The position numbers and the translations under genes are program-made. The notes below the pieces were generated by a model. It saw only the letters and a list, made by a program, of their open reading frames with translations. It ran no database searches and was not told where the DNA came from. Shown here one piece after another: positions 8,945-17,907 of a stretch of DNA of 21,540 nucleotides. Origin of the DNA: Planctomycetota bacterium (GTDB taxonomy: Bacteria > Planctomycetota > GCA-002687715 > DRQF01); the NCBI GenBank assembly GCA_027001995.1, contig JALTLO010000051.1:1-21540 (forward strand), read 5' to 3'. Every line of letters begins with the position of its first letter. Position 1 is the stretch's first letter.

Positions 8945-11900
8945 TCAACGGCTCACTTTCACCCGAATCGGCGGTACCAAGTCTAAGTCGGCCCGCCCAA
9001 GCCGAATCCCGATTTCTAAGGACGATCCCGCGGCTCTTGCCAGAACCAAAGGTGCCGCCAGAATCATACTCTCCCCAGGCAAGACCCCAAGGTTCGGTAG
9101 AGGCAAGACCTGAGGCTCACTGAGGCGCTCTCCCTTAGGGCCAAGAAGTATAGCAACTAAGTACTCCGTCTCCGGGCCCAGCCCACCCACCATGGCAGAG
9201 CTATTCTTATCAAGACTGACCCGTACAAGAAGAGGAGTTCGGCCATGCTCCCCGGCCCGGGGTTTTTGTCCTGGTAGCAGCTCAATTTTGCCCAAAAACG
9301 GTTTGCCATGACTCTTGCCGATGGTGAGCAAGCGATCAAGAATGTCACCAACAGCCTCGCTTTCATTTGCCTTCTGGGCAAGAAAAGGTTCGATGAGTGG
9401 AATAGCATCTGATCGCCTATCCCAGGTGTTCATGAAGAATGACATTTCCAGGGCAATACCATAATCCACAACTCCGATGGTCTTCATGATGTTGCCGCAT
9501 TTCTTGAACAAAACCATGGCTTGGTTCAAGGCTCCAGGCTGAGCAGCGAGGCTTCTCCCACTGATAGCCATCACTTCTGCTTCACTTGCGGCTTTGATCC
9601 ATCCCTTCGGCAAAACTTGAGAAGAGGCCGCTTCCATCGCACGATCTCTGAGCCCTCTATCTGGTGATTGTATCAACCGGCGAAGAATCGGCTGCCCTAA
9701 GTCCACCGGGATCGTCTTAAGTACCTCGGCAAGAACGCTTCCTTGCTCGGTTTGCCCAATTCCCCCACTGATTCGTCCGTAGAGGGATGGCATAAAAGAA
9801 GCATCCCCACGATGAATCAAGACCCGCAGCGCCATGGACTCGAGATCCAAGTCCCGCCCTTCTTGACCCAACGATTGGTGAATGACAAACCTGAGAGATT
9901 GATCGCCAGCCAAGTAACGTGCCAACCAAGGTATGAGTCGCCTCGAGCCCGTGAACGCCGGGCTCATCCATGGCAAAGTTGCGAGGGGGATATCTTCTCC
10001 AAGAACAGCCAAAGCGATCCGAGCCTCTTCTGAAGCGCTAGCACTTTCATCGGAGGCAATCGTCCGCAATGCCGCCACCCCATCTTCTTCGCCATAAGAC
10101 ATGACATGCAATAACACGGCATGCCTCAATGGCTTATTTTGATTCCTGAGCAAAGGGACTAAGAGGGCCGGGTCTCGGCAAGGTTCTTGTCTTAGAATCG
10201 TGCGGAGTTCTACGAAATCAGAAGCTGACAAGTCTTCCTGGGCAGCCCTTTTCAGCAGACGGCCAAGAACAACCTGGGGCGCATCATGGCGATCACTCAG
10301 ACCGGCGTAGGCCCGCATGGTGGCCAAAACCGTCTGCAGACGTGCCAGCCTCTTGGGCTGGTTCAAAGCCAAGTTGTGCTGTTCTTCCGGGTCAACGTCG
10401 AGATCGAAGAGTTCGAACAAACCCAATCCACGGTTGTGGATGAGTTTCCAGTTTCTCTCACGAACCGCATCCAGATTTCCTTGAGCAAACTGTGGCCAAC
10501 GAAACTGACTCAACACGCAAGGTGCAGGCCAATGGGAAGGATTATCGCCGAGTAGGATCGGCAGCAAAGAGTTTCCACGATCAAGGCCCTCATCTTTCAG
10601 ACCAAGATAGCGACGAACCGTTTTCGGCAAGTCGATCAACTCCACCGGGGAATCGCAAGACCCGGGCATGATCCCAGGTCCCCAAAAAATCAAAGGGACA
10701 CGAATCTGCTCTTGATACAGACTCGAGTTGTGGCCGATCCCCCCATGATCCTGAAACTCCTCTCCGTGGTCCGAATGCACGATAACCAGAGGTGGCTGCT
10801 CCATCGTTGCGAACCAGGAGAAAAGATCTGCCAAGCAACTATCCACATGGGAAACTTCCCGATCATAACGCTCCCGTAGAGAAGCCTGAGCAATCCCATC
10901 CCCTCGCTGGTGATAGGGACCATGGGGGTCGAATAGATGTACCCACAAAAATCGTGGCTTGTCATTTTCTTTTGAAGTCTTCAGAAACTCGATCGACCGC
11001 TCCACGACTCGCTTTGATCTCGAAATGGACTCTCCGACATCATTGTTGAATTCAATAAATCCCTTGGTCAGGTGAGATTCTTCCAAGGCAAACAGAGACT
11101 TGGGAAATGAAGTGAAGGCCCTTGTGGTGTAGCCGGCAGCCCGCAAACTCTCAGGTAGTCGACGGGGAACTTTCCCTTCATGATCGCCCTCATCCAAATC
11201 CACCGCCGTTGGATACTGACCGGCAAGAAAGGAATTCACCGCATAGCGTGTGGCCGGAAACTGACTCCACGCTTGGGAAAAAACAAAACCATCCTTCGCA
11301 AACTGATCCAAGTAAGGAGTCATGGCACTACCACCAGAAATCGACAAGGCATCGTGTCGTAAAGTATCGATAGTAATGAGAACAACATCCTGATTCCTGC
11401 GCCATGGTACTAAGACATCGAGACGTTCCGGGCTTATCTTGTAGGTTGATTCTAAGCGGGACAAAAGCACGGGATCGATAGCCACATCTATTTCACCCCC
11501 TGCACCCGACAAAGCAAAGGACATCACTCTTGGGGTCAAGACTCCTTTGCCCAGTAGGGTCGATCTTAATCGTAGAGTTGTGAAATCGACCATCCCCATG
11601 GACACCAGGATGATCATGAAAACGGACAAAAGAATGTGGTTTTTCCCCACTAAAGACCAAGGTTTTCCCAGCCACAAGGCTCCACTCACACCAGCACTCA
11701 GAATGCCCCAGACCATCAAAATATCATGGGCTGCGGGATACTTCCGCATCAAGATTTTGTGTGACTCTGAATAGAAACAAAAAGCTGAAAAAGCAGCGAA
11801 CACAAGGCCCAGAACCAACTTGGCTCCCTTCTCGCTATGGCTCTTGATCACGAGGTATTGACCAATCTTGAGCACCAGCAAAAAGAAACCGATGAGAACT

Positions 11901-12250
11901 CCCAGTCGAGCTCCAGGCTGCCACGATTGTTGTGACACCCAGTCACCGTCAAATAGGCTCCAATAGGAGGATTTGAGAAAAACGGAGAGCGCCAGAGCCG
12001 GAAGAAGTGCCTTCAGCCACGGAGATCGGCGGCCCATCGAACTTCCCAAGACAAGAAAACTGAAGCTCAGGCCTTGGGCGAATGCACCTGCTATCGTGCC
12101 TACACAAAAGAACACGAAAACCGCAAAGTAGCTTGGAGCGCTTAGGGCATCTACCAAAACCCAAGTGAGAGAAACCCCGACACCAAAACCCGATGTGAGG
12201 GTCCCAAAGTGAGTCTTCATTGTCGAACTGCTTGAGTTTGAGATATGCAT
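8945..12250 (-). CDS. Large membrane protein with sulfatase-like domain; paralog 2 (tandem duplicate)
   Basis: Same architecture and colinear motifs: DVVLITIDTLRHD, WSQFPATRYAVNSFLAGQYP, FLWVHLFDPHGP, HSDHGEEFQDHGGIGHNSSLYQEQIRVP, ELFDLDVDPEEQ. Start could be ATG 12250 or ATG 12220. Confidence 0.88.
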   Translation of the reverse strand: MHISNSSSSTMKTHFGTLTSGFGVGVSLTWVLVDALSAPSYFAVFVFFCVGTIAGAFAQGLSFSFLVLGSSMGRRSPWLKALLPALALSVFLKSSYWSLFDGDWVSQQSWQPGARLGVLIGFFLLVLKIGQYLVIKSHSEKGAKLVLGLVFAAFSAFCFYSESHKILMRKYPAAHDILMVWGILSAGVSGALWLGKPWSLVGKNHILLSVFMIILVSMGMVDFTTLRLRSTLLGKGVLTPRVMSFALSGAGGEIDVAIDPVLLSRLESTYKISPERLDVLVPWRRNQDVVLITIDTLRHDALSISGGSAMTPYLDQFAKDGFVFSQAWSQFPATRYAVNSFLAGQYPTAVDLDEGDHEGKVPRRLPESLRAAGYTTRAFTSFPKSLFALEESHLTKGFIEFNNDVGESISRSKRVVERSIEFLKTSKENDKPRFLWVHLFDPHGPYHQRGDGIAQASLRERYDREVSHVDSCLADLFSWFATMEQPPLVIVHSDHGEEFQDHGGIGHNSSLYQEQIRVPLIFWGPGIMPGSCDSPVELIDLPKTVRRYLGLKDEGLDRGNSLLPILLGDNPSHWPAPCVLSQFRWPQFAQGNLDAVRERNWKLIHNRGLGLFELFDLDVDPEEQHNLALNQPKRLARLQTVLATMRAYAGLSDRHDAPQVVLGRLLKRAAQEDLSASDFVELRTILRQEPCRDPALLVPLLRNQNKPLRHAVLLHVMSYGEEDGVAALRTIASDESASASEEARIALAVLGEDIPLATLPWMSPAFTGSRRLIPWLARYLAGDQSLRFVIHQSLGQEGRDLDLESMALRVLIHRGDASFMPSLYGRISGGIGQTEQGSVLAEVLKTIPVDLGQPILRRLIQSPDRGLRDRAMEAASSQVLPKGWIKAASEAEVMAISGRSLAAQPGALNQAMVLFKKCGNIMKTIGVVDYGIALEMSFFMNTWDRRSDAIPLIEPFLAQKANESEAVGDILDRLLTIGKSHGKPFLGKIELLPGQKPRAGEHGRTPLLVRVSLDKNSSAMVGGLGPETEYLVAILLGPKGERLSEPQVLPLPNLGVLPGESMILAAPLVLARAAGSSLEIGIRLGRADLDLVPPIRVKVSR

Positions 12251-12599
12251 GGAACCTCAGGATAACATGCAGCCCCTGCCCGTCCACTCTCCTGAGCCAA
12301 TTCGTCTCCCGCTCTATGCCCTCCATATTCAGAGCAACGAAACCCCATGGCTGTGGCAAAACTCCAACCAAGGAGAGGACCAACTGTCCCTCAGAACGCT
12401 CTGTCAATACGTTTTGCGGTGCCCAAAATAGTCTGATACTCTCGAAACTGAGGACTCGAATTTCATCCTGTCCTTCATCTTGCCCCGACTCAGTTATGAG
12501 ATCGTGATCGTTGCCAGCGGAAATACTCGGCAATATCGCGGATTCCGACCTCACATGGGTAGGCTGTGAGATATTCTCTTAGGATTTTGGAGACGAGAA

Positions 12600-12953
12600 A
12601 TGACCAGAAAAAACAATTCATTCATCGTTTTGATCCTCTGTATTCTCTTGGCGGGATGTAGTACTTGGACCCCCATCAACATCCAAGAAGCTATAACCGT
12701 ATTAGAGCAAGGTGACGAGATCAGGGTCACCTCGAAAGACGGCGACCGCTACGAGTTTGAAGTGACCGGTTTGACAGAATCGGGGGAAATTCAGGGCAGC
12801 GACTTCGCCATTTCAACCCAAGACTTGGCGTTCATCGAACGCAGAGACATCGACGGTGCCAACACCGGCCTCGCAGTGGGAGGAGGCGTTCTACTCGCTT
12901 TGATTCTCATTGCCACAGCTGCCGTCGCTTCAGTTGCTATCTTCGGTTTCTAG
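12600..12953 (+). CDS. Small lipoprotein of unknown function with a hydrophobic C-terminal segment
   Basis: Basic N-terminus, hydrophobic stretch and lipobox LAGC (Cys20). GGAG upstream of the ATG. C-terminal GLAVGGGVLLALILIATAAVASVAIFGF. Confidence 0.8.
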   Translation: MTRKNNSFIVLILCILLAGCSTWTPINIQEAITVLEQGDEIRVTSKDGDRYEFEVTGLTESGEIQGSDFAISTQDLAFIERRDIDGANTGLAVGGGVLLALILIATAAVASVAIFGF

Positions 12954-13094
12954 GGGAACTCGCTCACGCCTCTGACTCTGTGGCCCATTCAGAGCAGCGC
13001 CTTCTCTATCTTGGTGAGAGCGAGGGGATTCAGGAATTGTAAACCTAGCACTACAGTTTCTTGACAGACCAAGCGATTGTTCTCCCCAATGGGA

Positions 13095-13302
13095 AAGTGG
13101 CAGGTGAGAGAATATCGAGGGAAAAAGAACAGTTCTTCCATCCCATCCTCTCAGGGCGATGTGAAGTTCAGATAAATATGATGAGTCCTTAGAGAAACTC
13201 CTCTCCATTCAGTAAACTCCCCCCTCCCCCTGATGATGTTCTTGTGAGGACTTAGTACACCCTCACAAACGCCCAGTGATGCAAATCACTGGGCATTTTT
13301 TT
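13095..13302 (+). ncRNA. Candidate structured small RNA with C-rich loops (5' end uncertain: ~13095 or ~13189)
   Basis: Plus-strand region with no credible ORF, containing several hairpins, two AAACTCC motifs and an intrinsic terminator. Promoter-like elements TTGACA (13061-13066) and TATGAT (13177-13182) lie upstream or within. Confidence 0.5.
13271..13302 (+). terminator. Rho-independent terminator
   Basis: Perfect 10-bp stem GCCCAGTGAT / ATCACTGGGC with a GCAA tetraloop, followed by A and T7. Confidence 0.9.
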
Positions 13303-13420
13303 GTGTCCAAGGCGTATGTTGAGTTAACCGGGGTCGTCTACCGGCCAGTCATCTTCCAGCCCACCACCAACAAAGAAAAAACCCTCCGGCCTAATGCTCG
13401 CTGCACGCTTCTCTTGCCCC

Positions 13421-14008
13421 TTACTTTCGGTCAATGATGTCGGAGAGGTCGACTGAGGTCTTTTCGGAATCTACAAGTATAGGTCTGATCTTAGCTCTCT
13501 TGAAATGCCAAGCATCGTCGAAGGACACAAGAGTAGCATCAACAAGCCACATCTTGCTAAGAGGAACAGTGGCGGGGTTATTCAAGTCGCCCCGAGCCCA
13601 AATGACCCAGAACTCAATCTTGGCACCTTCGCCGATTTTTTCCCAACGGTGAGGCACGGTGGCAAAGGCATTCACACCACTTTGCCCATAACCTGAAACC
13701 AAACCCACGAAGTCGTCGGCACTGTTAGCACTGAGGCCTTCAACTTTGAAGTCGTCCGTACACAACTTGCGCAGATCATCCCACTTCCCCTCTCGTGCCA
13801 TCCAAGCGGCATTTTTGGGAAACTGAAAGTAGTCGTTCGAATCGCTGCTTTTGACAATGAAGAATTGAATCACAAGGGCAACCATGAGAAGACCCAAAAT
13901 GATGAGAAGTTTCTTCATCATGGCCTCTTTGCCTTTGTTTTGGCGTTCGAACTGCTCTAATTTGGCCCGGGCGGATCCAGGACGTGCTGGCTTATCTTCT
14001 GTCATCAT
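13421..14008 (-). CDS. Hypothetical single-pass membrane protein (possible NTF2/SnoaL-like soluble domain)
   Basis: Charged N-terminus, one hydrophobic helix (LLIILGLLMVALVIQFFIV), then AREGKWDDLRKLCTDDF followed by beta-strand-like segments. Immediately follows thiD. Start could be 14017 (TTG), 14008 or 14005. Confidence 0.7.
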   Translation of the reverse strand: MMTEDKPARPGSARAKLEQFERQNKGKEAMMKKLLIILGLLMVALVIQFFIVKSSDSNDYFQFPKNAAWMAREGKWDDLRKLCTDDFKVEGLSANSADDFVGLVSGYGQSGVNAFATVPHRWEKIGEGAKIEFWVIWARGDLNNPATVPLSKMWLVDATLVSFDDAWHFKRAKIRPILVDSEKTSVDLSDIIDRK

Positions 14009-14013
14009 TCTTC

Positions 14014-14787
14014 TCAAAATCGGGCAATAGGTTTGCCGGTCTTCTTGCCAAAAACCTCAGCCCGCCCAATGGCAGCCTGAGTGAATTCCTTGCTTCCTTC
14101 GATAGCATCCAGGGGACTATAGCCCAGAGCCAAACCAGCGGCGATGGCAGCACTAAAAGTGCAACCTGTTCCATGGGGAGAGGCTCCGCCAATGCGGGGA
14201 CTCGAAAGACTCTTCGCCTCCCCACCAGCACAAACGACGTCCGTCGACAAAGGTTCATGGTCATCGCCACCAGTCACCACAACACAAGGGCCACAGGCTG
14301 ACAATCGTTGAGCTAATTGCTCCTTTGAGAGATTCTCTTGGTCGCCACCGAGCAAAAGGGATGCTTCGGAGTGATTTGGAGTCGCCACAGTTGCCAAAGG
14401 AAAAAGCCCGTCGAAAAAAAGTGGCCAAGCATCGGCTGACAACAAAGGGGCTCCAGAAGAAGAAACCAAAACCGGATCGAGCACCATGGGAACCTGAGCA
14501 AGTGGACCAGTCATCAAATCAACGGCCACTTGGACAAGCTCTTTTGTTGCCAGCATGCCGAATTTGACAACCTTGGGTTCTAAGTCAGCTAAGAGAACCT
14601 CCAACCGCCTTTGGACATCAACCGCTGGCAAAGCCCCGACTTGGTAAACCTTCTCAGAATCCTGTACCGTGAGAGCCGTAGCCACAGCACTGCCGTGCAA
14701 TCCAAAAGACTGGAATACCCGTAAGTCGACTTCAAGACCTGCGGCCCCCGTCGGGTCAGAACCCGCAACAGTCAAGGCCCGTGTCAT
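14014..14787 (-). CDS. thiD: Hydroxymethylpyrimidine/phosphomethylpyrimidine kinase
   Basis: Motifs LTVAGSDPTGAAG, TALTVQD, VKFGML, VLDPVLVSSSG, TPNHSEA and HGTGCTFSAAIAAGLA. Confidence 0.9.
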   Translation of the reverse strand: MTRALTVAGSDPTGAAGLEVDLRVFQSFGLHGSAVATALTVQDSEKVYQVGALPAVDVQRRLEVLLADLEPKVVKFGMLATKELVQVAVDLMTGPLAQVPMVLDPVLVSSSGAPLLSADAWPLFFDGLFPLATVATPNHSEASLLLGGDQENLSKEQLAQRLSACGPCVVVTGGDDHEPLSTDVVCAGGEAKSLSSPRIGGASPHGTGCTFSAAIAAGLALGYSPLDAIEGSKEFTQAAIGRAEVFGKKTGKPIARF

Positions 14788-15377
14788 GCTTCCTCGAAGA
14801 GGGGGCCCTCTTCTGCTTTGATGGGCTCAAAACAATTGCGACAGCGTGCTTCATATTCGGTGGTGCCACCTAATATAAGACGGCCGGACGCTTCGATGAG
14901 CCTTTGGTTGCGATGGGCAGGAGCTGCACAAGAAAGACAAATCGAGAGATTCTTTGTGATGTACTCGGCTTCCACAAGGAAGTGCATCAACGTTTCGAAT
15001 GGCTTTCCTTGATAGTCTTGATCAAGGCCAGCCACGATGACCCTTCGCCCCTCCGCGGCCAGATCTTTGGCAACACGCACCGTATCAAGATCAAGGAATT
15101 GAGCTTCGTCAATCGCCACAATGAGCGTGTCTTCTTTGAGATGATCGAAGATTTCCGCGCCAGAATTGATCACGGTTGAATCGATTTCCCGGCCATTGTG
15201 AGACACCACCTTGGTGTCATCATAACGCACATCAACGGCGGGTTTGAAGATTTGAACGGGCTGCTTGGCGTATTGAGCCCGGGTAATCCGCCGAATCAAC
15301 TCTTCAGTCTTACCGCTGAACATCGGACCACAAATAACTTCAATCCACCCAGTACCCGGAGGGTGTTGGTGCATCAT
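14784..15377 (-). CDS. tdk: Thymidine kinase (type II)
   Basis: Walker A GPMFSGKT, Walker B IDEAQF, AGLDQD, and Zn-binding CxxC pairs (CLSC and YEARCRNC). Confidence 0.96.
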   Translation of the reverse strand: MMHQHPPGTGWIEVICGPMFSGKTEELIRRITRAQYAKQPVQIFKPAVDVRYDDTKVVSHNGREIDSTVINSGAEIFDHLKEDTLIVAIDEAQFLDLDTVRVAKDLAAEGRRVIVAGLDQDYQGKPFETLMHFLVEAEYITKNLSICLSCAAPAHRNQRLIEASGRLILGGTTEYEARCRNCFEPIKAEEGPLFEEA

Positions 15378-16717
15378 GTGACGCTCCTTCTTGTTGCATC
15401 GGGGAATGACTTGCGAAGAAGTGCCCAGCTTCTCTCAGCATCTTCCATCACAGCCCCCCTATCCATCGTCAGCATTTCGAAGTCTCGCTTCAGAGCTTTC
15501 CCAGCCACAAATACATCTCGAACAGAGGCCCCACTCAGATGAAAAGCAACTTGGGCATAGGGATCTCCTCCCGACAGCTCTTCCGGGCTATTGGGATCGA
15601 GGATGATGACATCGCCCATCTTACCAAGTTCGAGAGACCCGATATCCTCGGCCATCCCAAGAGCACGAGCGCCTCCCATAGTGGCCATTTCAAGGACCTC
15701 ATAGGCCGACAGAGCACGGGGCCCATGAATGGGCTTTTGAATCAACGAAGCTAAGTGCATTTCTCTAAACATGTCTAAACGATTGTTGCAAGGAGCCCCA
15801 TCTGCTCCGAGAGCCACATTGACTCCTGCAGCCAAGAAATCTGGAATCGGCGCGATACCACTGGCCAACTTGAGATTGCTACTGGGACAATGAGCGACAT
15901 GGGACTTCGCATTCGCCAGCAACTCAATCTCACCACCTTTCATGTGAACACAATGGGCCAAGACCGTGTTCTTGGTCAAGATCCCCACGTCTTCGAGATA
16001 GCGAATGTTGTCCAAACCGCAGCGGTCTTTCACCGCATTGATTTCGCCTTCGTTTTCGGATGCATGGGTGTGAATCAAGACTTGGTGGGTGGCAGACAGT
16101 TTAGCCACTTCTCTTAACAGTTGATCTGTGCAGCTCACAGCAAACCGAGGAGCAATAGCATAACGCAGGCGGCCCTCGGCGGCTTTGTGCCAACGGGCGA
16201 TAAGACGGACCGTTTCCTTGAGAGCATCCTCAGTCGACTCTAAGAGTCCTTTGGGAACATATCCATCATCGAGATCCATCAGACACTTGCCACCAAAGTA
16301 GCGAATGCCAGATTCAAGGGCAGCTTCAAAGAGCACATCGGTGTGATGAACACTTCCCATGTCTAGAATGGTCGTTGCCCCCCCCGAGATCAATTCGAAA
16401 AGGCCAAGGTTAGCCGAAGCACGCATCGACTCTTCTTGATGCCAAGCCTCAAAAGGCCAAATACGTTGACGGAGCCAATCCAAGAGCTCCATGTCGTCTG
16501 CCATGTTACGAAAGAGAGTTTGGCACAAATGAATGTGGGCTTGCACAAATCCTGGCAGCACAAGGCACCCGTGAGCATCCACTTCCTCTTCCGCAGATCC
16601 TTTGTGTAAGAGTGCTGACCCCATCTCAACAATGCGCCCTTGGTCTATGCGCATATCACCAACAAAGGGAGATTCTCCATCCCTCATGGTAAGCAGAGTA
16701 GCACCTTTGATAATCAT
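15374..16717 (-). CDS. Metal-dependent amidohydrolase, 5'-deoxyadenosine/MTA-SAH deaminase-like
   Basis: Motifs PGFVQAHIHLCQTLFR, APRFAVSCT, HTHASE, LAHCVH, HCPSSNLKLASG and GADGAPCNN. Start placed at ATG 16717 (ATGA overlap with the upstream stop). Confidence 0.88.
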   Translation of the reverse strand: MIIKGATLLTMRDGESPFVGDMRIDQGRIVEMGSALLHKGSAEEEVDAHGCLVLPGFVQAHIHLCQTLFRNMADDMELLDWLRQRIWPFEAWHQEESMRASANLGLFELISGGATTILDMGSVHHTDVLFEAALESGIRYFGGKCLMDLDDGYVPKGLLESTEDALKETVRLIARWHKAAEGRLRYAIAPRFAVSCTDQLLREVAKLSATHQVLIHTHASENEGEINAVKDRCGLDNIRYLEDVGILTKNTVLAHCVHMKGGEIELLANAKSHVAHCPSSNLKLASGIAPIPDFLAAGVNVALGADGAPCNNRLDMFREMHLASLIQKPIHGPRALSAYEVLEMATMGGARALGMAEDIGSLELGKMGDVIILDPNSPEELSGGDPYAQVAFHLSGASVRDVFVAGKALKRDFEMLTMDRGAVMEDAERSWALLRKSFPDATRRSVT

Positions 16718-17907
16718 GATTTCAGTCCTGCTATGTGGTGGCCCCAACGCTGGGCTATTTCTTCGTCATCGGCGAACTCTTTCACAAGTTGGGCTGTGTG
16801 CTGACCCAAAGTTGGTGGTGCTAAATCAGTGGCGTATCTTCCGCTCCGATTCCAAATGATGGGCGACGATGGCATTTGGAGTGTTCCCAATGTTTGGTGC
16901 TGATAGTCTTTGAGAAATGTACTTTCCTCTTCATTCAGCTCTTTCAACATGTCGATGACGGTACGCACAGGCCCCATGGGAACATCCGATTCTTTAAGTC
17001 TCTCTTGCCAAGTGGCGATGGTTTCCCGAGAGAAAGCGACCTTGAGTAAACCCTCAATCTCTTCCCGTCCTTCCACCCGCCCCCGGTTGGTTTCCCATGA
17101 TTTTTTCTTGAGCGCAGAAGGCATACCCTCTGTGGCAATCAAGCGTTGCCATTGGTTGTCGGCGGCCACAGCCAGAACAAGCATACCATCGGCCGTGGTA
17201 AATCCTTGGTAAGGCACAAGATTGGGATGCCGGTGCCCCATCTTCTTGGGCGCTTCACCCGTCAAGATCGAACTTTGGACTTGATAGCCAAACAAAGCCA
17301 CCAAGGAATCGAGCAAGGCTATATCAATGCGAGCGCCCTCTCCGGACTTTTCTCTGTGGAAAAGAGCAGCCAAGACCGCTTCACTGGCTGTCAACCCTGC
17401 GGATAGGTCGGCAATGCTAATGGGAACACGACACGACTCACCATCTTTCCTGCCACTCATGGCAATCAAACCCGACTCCCCTTGAATCGCCAAGTCAAAG
17501 GCTGGCTCATGATAGCGTGAACTTTCCGGCCCATAGCCCGTAATAGAAACTTGAATCAAACGAGGAAACGATGTTTTCAAGATATCATCACCGAAACCCA
17601 AACGTTCCATCACTCCCGGGCGAAAATTCTGCACCAGAACATCGGCCTCCTGCAAAACCCGCGAAACGAACTCTTTGCCCTCTCGGGACTTCAGATCAAG
17701 AACAATGGACTCCTTACCCCTGTTGAAGGACATAAAGTAGGGAGATTCAGAGTCGGCAAAGGGGGGGCCAAACCCTCTGGTTGCATCGCCATGAGAGGAC
17801 TCGACCTTGATGACGCGAGCCCCAAGATCGGCTAGACGCATGGTGCAAAAGGGCCCTGCCAAGACGCGGGAAAGATCAAGAACTGTGATTCCGGCCAAAG
17901 GTTTCAT
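16714..17907 (-). CDS. CoA-transferase family III (CaiB/BaiF)
   Basis: Motifs PLAGITVLDLSRVLAGP, LADLGARVIKVE, NRGKESIVLDLK, NFRPGVMERLG and FDLAIQGESG (catalytic Asp). Confidence 0.93.
   Translation of the reverse strand: MKPLAGITVLDLSRVLAGPFCTMRLADLGARVIKVESSHGDATRGFGPPFADSESPYFMSFNRGKESIVLDLKSREGKEFVSRVLQEADVLVQNFRPGVMERLGFGDDILKTSFPRLIQVSITGYGPESSRYHEPAFDLAIQGESGLIAMSGRKDGESCRVPISIADLSAGLTASEAVLAALFHREKSGEGARIDIALLDSLVALFGYQVQSSILTGEAPKKMGHRHPNLVPYQGFTTADGMLVLAVAADNQWQRLIATEGMPSALKKKSWETNRGRVEGREEIEGLLKVAFSRETIATWQERLKESDVPMGPVRTVIDMLKELNEEESTFLKDYQHQTLGTLQMPSSPIIWNRSGRYATDLAPPTLGQHTAQLVKEFADDEEIAQRWGHHIAGLKS

Noticed and set aside
12249..12569. 60-aa ORF whose frame stays open for about 45 more codons after the TAG at 12429-12431 (possible pseudogene or read-through); also minus ORF 11949..12554
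   Set aside because: Neither translation resembles a family I recognise. The minus ORF overlaps the sulfatase-like gene out of frame, and the region must also hold divergent promoters.
12930..13208. 92-aa minus-strand ORF with G-rich sequence upstream
   Set aside because: No protein-like motif, and it overlaps the 3' end of the lipoprotein gene. The G-rich tract is the complement of the candidate sRNA's C-rich loop. Not fully excluded.
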